Source: Eledone cirrhosa
Taxonomy: Eukaryota
NCBI GenBank assembly: GCA_964016885.1
Contig: OZ024740.1
Coordinates: forward strand, 127,658,001-127,722,000
Reading direction: 5' to 3'
DNA length: 64,000 nt
Both the position numbers and the translations under genes were made by a program. The stretch's first letter is position 1. Each line of letters begins with the position of its first letter. The notes under the pieces are model-generated. The model had not been told where the DNA came from. It made no database searches and saw only the letters and a list, made by a program, of their open reading frames with translations. Positions 56,336-64,000 of the stretch are shown here, in pieces.

Positions 56336-56683
56336 AAATGCACACACATTTATATATATACTTACAAACACGTATATATATATATATATATATATGGAAC
56401 TTCCAGTTTCATTTCACATTATATACATGTTCGTGTATATTTTAATTATTTAAACATTATTTTTAAGTGAACATGAATTTTGAAAAATATCTTGAAGTGA
56501 ACGTGATCCACCTAGTCACTGGTGGTCTAGTTTGTAATAAATGTGAGATACACATATTATTGTTTACCTTGTTTGTTTAAATATACATATTTTTATGGTT
56601 TGTTTATTATTAACATCGATAACTATCGGTGAGGAGAATAAGTGTAGCAAGGAAGATGTCCTTTGAAAATGCATTTAAATAAT

Positions 56684-56865
56684 TATTTCTACTTTTGGCA
56701 CTAGGCCAGCAGCAATTATGCCAGTGTATTACTGGTACTTTATTTTATCGACCCCGTAAGGATGAAAGGCAAAGTTTACCTCGGCAGGATTTGAACTCAG
56801 ACCATAAAGGGCCGTATCTCTTTGCTGCAAATCATGGCGTCTGACCCTCTACCGATATTGCCAAT
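56684..56865 (-). mobile_element. tRNA-derived SINE, second copy
   Basis: Shares TACTGGTACTTTATTTTATCGACCCCGTAAGGATGAAAGGCAAAGT..GGATTTGAACTCAGA with 46870-46940. Confidence 0.85.
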
Positions 56866-57461
56866 AAGAGTCATAATGATTAAAAAATTCGGGAATCAAA
56901 GAAATTGATGCTCGCCATCGTTACTTTTGTTTACTTGAATTTTTATATAGATGGCTATATAGGGATTCGACAAAAACTAAGCCCAAGAAAAATATAACGG
57001 TATGAATCGACCCTGTATAGGAAAACCTTTTATCTTTACGAAATGAAATGTTCACAAATTTAAAAGTGGCTGTATCACTTACTCTCGTCATTAAAACTAT
57101 TATTTCGCGATATTTCCATTTCTTTTCTACCAACATTACCGGTCGCCCAACTTAGATTCAACACATTTCAGGTTGTTTCTAAAATTAATCTCGATAGTTT
57201 CTTATAACAACTTGATATATTTTCTGGATTGGGTTTCACATATATCAACGAGAGTTATAAAATATATGTAGAATGGTATAATGTTCCACCAATGTGTACT
57301 TATAAATTATCTGAAGATAATTTGAGCTAATAAAAATAATAAAATAAGTCTGGTACGAGGTGGTCAAATATATTTTAACATAAGAAAAATATTCATAAAA
57401 ATGTTTAGATATTGAAACAAATCTTTATATATCAATGTCCTTTTTTCATTCTCCTTTAAAT

Positions 57462-57865
<404 letters not shown>

Positions 57866-60099
57866 GTTTTTTTACTTGTTGAATGAAGGTTGTTTGTTTT
57901 ATCTCTGTGTCTTTGGTTTGTTATATCCACACACAGAAAAGACGCAGGCGACAAGCATAAACAAACTCCAACCAAAATTAAGCAGAAAACATTGGTGGAA
58001 TCGCAACGATGTCACCACTAGAAACTAAGGACAAACTGAGACACAAAAAAAACAAACTAATAAAACAAATTAATCTAGATGCAAACTATTTCAGTAGAGC
58101 CGAGAATAATGTTCATCCAGAACTCAGAGAGAATATCATGTACTAAGTTTTAACATATATTTCGCATAATTTCTGTCAATATAGCAAATTAAGGGTTGTT
58201 CGATTGCTTTGAATGTCAACATAACATTAAAAAAAACAATAGAAATAATATCATTGATTCTGAAGGATGCAAATTTGTAGGATGAAAATAGTCTATTTGT
58301 TTAAATTCAGTGCATATTTGACGCCCGATGTATGAATGTAAATTCCGAGGTTTAACTTATAACTAATATCTAAATAATAAGTACCACTCCCATGATTCTT
58401 CAGCCAATTCAATGATTTTTATACTAATAATATTAGGCAAAAGTGATTCCTATCATAGCCACAAGGGAACGTATTGGTGAGTATAGTCGATTTGATTGAT
58501 TAAATTGATTCATAACATTTACAAAAAGAATATTACCATCACCAAAACCATCACCAACAACAGCACAACAAGCAATAACAATAGCAGAAAAGACAAGAAT
58601 AATGATGATGATGATGGTGTTGATAGTGTAAATATTATTTAAATAGCAACTTCTGAAATCACATTGTAGAAAGTAGGTGGCACTCAATGTATGTAGCATC
58701 ACTGGATCTCTATCTATATCAACATAGAAGTTAAAAGCTCAGAAGTAATCTGTTCGATGGATACATAATTTCCTCAGTAAAAAAAGCTGCTTTAGGAATT
58801 CCTAATGCTATATTTCATATTTAGTTTAGGGAAATTAAAATAATTAAATAGTCTGTTTTCGTAAATGTTGGTCAAATAAATTAATACATATAATATATAA
58901 TCATATATATATAAATATGAGCGACTATATATGTGTATGAATTATATAGGTTCGGATTAGAATTCTATGGAAACCGTAATGTTATTCTGAATTCGAAAAT
59001 ATTTACTTATTCAACAAAGACTTTTCAATTTAAGCTATTTCCCTATAACCACAACATTTTCAAAACAACTAGCTCAAAAGAAAGAGCAATGAATTAAATA
59101 CTAACAGTACATCACAGTACTTAATCGTTTCTTATTTGTAATAGTTAATGTGTTGTTGCTTTGTTTGTTCGGTGCACGTTTTTTAACTGGATAGATTGGC
59201 AGAATTAGTCACTTCTGTTGTCGATTTTATTTTTCAAGTGCTGCGTTGGCATCAGTTGTCAGCAGCATTATAATGTTGACAATCAAGTGACAGAATATGA
59301 AGATTTACTACAGAAAACACACCCCATGCACAAACGCATTTTTGGAACAAAGGGATTTCAAATAATTCATTCTGGTGTTTTAAAATATTGTCAATTATCT
59401 CACAATAACATATGAGAGCACGTCTCTTACATCATTTAAGCTTAATACAAATTACGTTTGAATGGAAGTCCAAGGAGATTTACACGGGTGCAATGTCAAT
59501 GGTAATTTTTATGATGAAACAACGTGACATCCATTTATTTTGCACTATTCGTTTAACCATATTGCTTTTATCGCTATTTCATATTGTACTAATACATGAC
59601 CAAGTGAATATTAAAGTGACACTTATGTTGTCTGTTAACAAAGAATATTTTGTAGTTTGATGTGTTAGATAATTAGATATATATTGAATATATTGGAACG
59701 ATTCTGGTTGGTATCAATCATAATTTTTATACCAATCAATTGTTGTCATATTTGGAAAAATCATTTTCACCGATATAATTAATATTATTCATACGCCCAC
59801 TCTCTTTCCATTTGTTCATATCTCACAAACACACACACGCGCATGAACGTGCACATACACTTGCACACACATACATATGTTTATACATACGCACATATAT
59901 ATATACATATAAATATATATACACAAATGTAAATATATATATATATATACATATGTGTGTGTGTGTTTAAATAGGGAGAAAAAGACGATTATTAGGAAGA
60001 AAAATATTGTTTTCCTTTATTTTTATCTCTCTTTTTTTCTGGGTTAGAAAATGTTTAAAACAAAATATTTTACTTTGTGTGAAGTTTTAAGGTATTAGT

Positions 60100-62508
60100 T
60101 AATTCATTTATTAATTAACAATAGCATTTATTTATTTATTTATTTATTTATTGAATAATTGTCAATTACCGGTTTCAACATTTTATACATTATCAAAGGG
60201 GGGAACTTGTATTGGTATACATGTTGAACATGTTAAGGAAATTGGAAAGAAAGAATAATATTATTTCCAAACAAGGTTTTTGAAGTAAAAATAAAAAATA
60301 AAAATAAGGGGGTCATGTGGAATATAAGGTAATAGGAAAGAATGAATAATATTATTTACAGGCATAGTTCTTGAGGATAAGCAGTTCAAAAAGTGTTATT
60401 ATGGCAAGAGCGCTTAGTTGATCCACGATGGAGACAAATAGTAGTCTGTGGTTGGATATGTTTTCCCTTTTCAGAGAGTTAATATGCATGGGGAGGTAAT
60501 TCAGGGTGGTCGGTTAGGAGAGAGATATGAGAGGGTGTAATTCATTTATATAAGAAAAAGGATTAGGTAGGATGTGGGGGAGGTAACTCTTTAGATAACG
60601 TAGGAATTTGGGGCGTTCGTTCATTGTTCGTTCCAGTTTTAGTTTAGACCGAAGTTTAGTCCATTAAGTAGAGGTTGGAATGTGTTAATGAAGTACATTT
60701 CCTTATTGGTACGATCGATGAAAGAAGCGTTGTCTATGCATTTGTAAATGGGGAAACATTTTAAAGTTTGGTTGTTCGTTAGGTGCACAATTGGCGATAT
60801 GTTCACTAAAAGCAATCTTTCTGTATTCCTGTATTTTGGTTTGTGATCTATGGACGGTCATACGTTGTCGGTGGATGTTTTTTTGGCTGTCCTATGTAGT
60901 GCTCTCAACAACCTGAGCAGGTCAAAACAGATTAGGTTTTCAGATGCACATGTAAAGTTGTATTTAACTGTGAAATGTTGTCCTTGTTTAAAGTGGAATG
61001 TTGAACCTTCTATTAGATTTATGCATATACCACTGTTGGGCCTTCCGCATTTTTATACTGTAGGGTTCATTGTGAGGGTTGGTTGGATTTGGGCTTGAGT
61101 GAGGATGTTTTTTATGGATTTAGGTTGTCTTTTGCTCTTTATGATGTTGTGTGTTTGGAGGATTTTGGTCATTCTTGTGTCTCTTTTTAGTAAGGGAATG
61201 TTCTGGGGGATGGTGTCGAATGCCTCACTTGTGACGGGGTTGTGTGTGGAGATGTATGGTAAAGTTTTCTGTTTCGGTTCATTCCTGGGTTTGGGGTGTC
61301 TGAGTTCCTGGATGTTGAGTTTTAGGGCACGTTGGACGCCATTGTTGATTAAGTATGGTGGGTAGTTTCTTCTGATAAGTGTGTTCTTTAATTCTTCTAG
61401 TCGTGTATAGCATGTGTATTTATCTGGAACTATTGTGCAGATCCTTCTGGCTAGGTTATAAGGAATTGTCATTTTGGGTATAGGAGGGCCTGCAAGGAGG
61501 CCATAGACATTTACATCACTATCTATCTCCCCTCCTGATGACCTCAAATTAAGACCCTTAATAGCAGGTACCACATGTCAAACCCACCGCCTAAGCAACC
61601 TCCTAGATATTCTGCTTAAACCTTTCCTAAAACACATACAAAGCTTCATAATGGACGTTCATAATTGACATGCTCAACTACCTCTCAACAACACTTAATA
61701 ATGAACATACCCTACTAGTAACCTTTGATGTAATCAGTCTATATTCCAATATCCCTCACAACCGAGGTATAGAGGCAATACAATTCTGGCTTGAGAAATT
61801 CCCTAGTGAATTTCCACAGCGCACCCCTAAAGAATTTATGATGGAGGGCCTCAAATTCATCTTGGAAAATAACTTCTTCGAATTCTATGCCAAATGCTAT
61901 ACACAGAAATCTTGAACTGCCATAGGCACGAAAGTACCCCCTCCCTTATACGCCAACCTCGTCATGGGATGTTTGAAAACTACTTTCTACCATAAAGTTC
62001 TAGACAAATACGGTAACCACTTCTACTTACACAGAAAAAAACTGGAAGAGATATCTGGACGACCGCTTCATCCTCTGGCATGAAAGTATAGAAAGACTGA
62101 TTGAGTTTAAAACACTTCTAAATGGACTCAACACAAACTTACAATTTACAATGGAATACAGCCATGAACAACTCCCTTTCCTTGACATCCTCATCTAGAA
62201 AACAAACAACAAAATAGAAACAGACATATACTACAAACCCACAGACTCCAAACAATGTCTTCCATTTAACTCGTGCCACCCTCGTCATACCAAAATGGCA
62301 ATTCCTTATAACCTAGCCAGAATCTGCACAATAGTTTCAGATAAATACACATGCTACACACGACTAGAAGAATTAAAGAACACACTTATCAGCAGAAACT
62401 ACCACCATCCCTAATCAACAATGGATTCCAACGTGCTCTAAAACTCAACATCCAGGAACTCAGACACCCCAAACCCAGGAATGAACCGAAACAGAAAACT
62501 CTACCATA
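60100..62508. mobile_element. Degenerate PLE inverted pair (minus copy ~60100-61478; plus copy ~61480-62508), same lineage as 46112-48090
   Basis: Plus: LRPLIAG..HRLSNLLDILLKPFL, TFDVISLYSNI, WKRYLDD. Minus: IPYNLARRICTIV..LPYISTHNP, FTCASENLI..C.GC...YIG. 61254-61478 mirrors 62288-62508. Confidence 0.87.
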
Positions 62509-62509
62509 C

Positions 62510-64000
62510 GATAAGGTCAGTCCATCGTCGCGTTATATTCACACTTACACCACCGTCCATGATTAAGACAGGGAAATCCTCGCTCACTGCCGGAAAACCC
62601 TCCTCTTCACAACGGAGTAGCCTGGGCAAAGAAGTCAACAACTTCAGACCTGTTCGACGTCTCCATGGGATCGTTTGACAGTGCTGACGTTTGCGACTTG
62701 GTTGGCGTATTTATTTTAGACTTATTACGTGTTAGATTCCCGGACTTCCACACGGGAATATACCGCGACGATGGACTGATATTATCGAGCCATAAAAGTG
62801 GAAACGACCTCGACCGGTTTAAAAAAGACTTAGCTTCTACCTTCAATGAATTATGACTTAGGATAACAGTAGCTAACAACCTCTCTAGCGTAGATTTCTT
62901 AGACATTAATTTAGACATTCGCACACACACACCTACCGACACTTCCATAAGCTAAACGAAAAACTCAATTACATTCACAAGGAAACATGCCACCCTCCTA
63001 CTGTTTTCAGAAACTTGGTAAATAATATCAGTACTAGAATCTCAAACCTCTCCTCTAATAAGGCTATCTTTGACAGAGCGGCACCCTACTATACCAGGGC
63101 GTTAGCTAACAGCGGCTTCTCGCAACCTATCAGTTCCTCTCCCACTAACAACAACAGCAACAAGAAAATAAAGTGTAACAATAGACAAACTATCTGGTTC
63201 TCTCCTCCCTTCTCACTTAGGTCAAATCTGCTTTGTCTTTGTTCGATATTTAAATTCTTAAGTATATTTTTCACGTTTATTGATAATATTTCAAAAGAAA
63301 CTAATTCAATGTGATATGGTATGACAAAGCAAAATGTCTGGATATAGCGAGCTAACATTTATACAATATTACTCTACTCACCAACATATAAATATCACTG
63401 AAAATAAGCATAATCCTATTTTAATGTTTCAAGTGAAACAGAACTATGCTTGAAAATACATTAAATTCTACCAATAAGAATATAATTACCATTCCTCCCT
63501 TAACTGTTCCTTTTGTAGTACAAAGACTAAAGATGATTTAAGTAGTAATTACAGACGGATGAAATATTGTGCAAGGTACACAGAAAAAAACTGTAGTAGA
63601 GTTCTCTCTAAATCCTAACAGAAAGAGATGCTAGGCAGGGTCAGGCTTTCACCTCCTGAGATCCTTCTCTAAAACAATTTTTAAATAATTGTTTCTACGT
63701 TAGGTCAAATCCTATGTGCGTATGGCGGAGGGCCGATTTAAGGAATGCTTCCTGAATCACCAGTCGACCTTTAGGTACCCGGACAGACGTTCATCCACGA
63801 AACTCGCGAGCCACTTATGGTCCCTCAATAATTCAAGTACCGACTTCTCCATTCAATGGAAAGCCATCAATAAGTCCAAGCCATACGCAAGGGCCAATCC
63901 GTCGTGTGGACTATGTATTGATGATCGAATAAATATTCTAAAGAGATTACGCAATAGCGATTGCTTAAAATTGAGTATTGAATTATTCACACGTTGTCCA
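62510..64000 (+). mobile_element. Degenerate YRDD-type PLE with internal deletion and a 471-bp insertion
   Basis: FDVSMGSFDSADVCDLVG..GIYRDDGL..VDFLD..IWFSPPFS. After 63711: YV.MAE..FK..FLNH.STF..LASHLW..CGLC. Confidence 0.85.

Larger units (their letters stand above)
53025..56530 (+). mobile_element. Probable non-autonomous Helitron, copy 2 (contains hammerhead element)
   Basis: Starts TATATTACTAAAA and ends GTGA..TCAC hairpin + TGGTGGT-CTAG|T. 53025-53210 resembles 51050-51250, and 56395-56510 resembles 52920-53000. Confidence 0.55.

Noticed and set aside
58433-59660. Short ORFs in unique AT-rich sequence as host exons
   Set aside because: No recognisable domain, partly built on trinucleotide repeats, and no convincing splice-bounded open frame.

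Overview
AT-rich, (TA)n/(CA)n microsatellite-saturated animal genomic DNA. The SINE type and repeat landscape suggest an invertebrate, probably an Octopus-like cephalopod (inference). No host protein-coding exon can be supported. The main feature is a 24.5-kb array (6431-30965) of about 53 near-identical 469-bp units. It is not ordinary satellite: every unit carries a type I hammerhead ribozyme (AATATTG-CTGATGA-GATGT.AATA.ACATC-GAAA-CTAG-TC^CAATATT) inside a highly self-complementary RNA, i.e. a retrozyme-like element. Two diverged relatives of about 470 bp lie nearby (1830-2939 and 5075-5703). The first shows a compensatory stem II change and the second a rewritten stem I. All three are head-to-head inverted insertions in (TA)n whose two arms stop at the same two homologous positions. 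The same fold-back plus one-sided tail geometry is seen in the many Penelope-like retroelements (PLEs; RT + GIY-YIG) and small non-coding hammerhead elements in the window, which points to PLE-driven mobilisation. The rest is PLE relics of at least three lineages (one young copy with a 574-aa ORF), two tRNA-derived SINEs, two probable non-autonomous Helitrons and a possible promoter.
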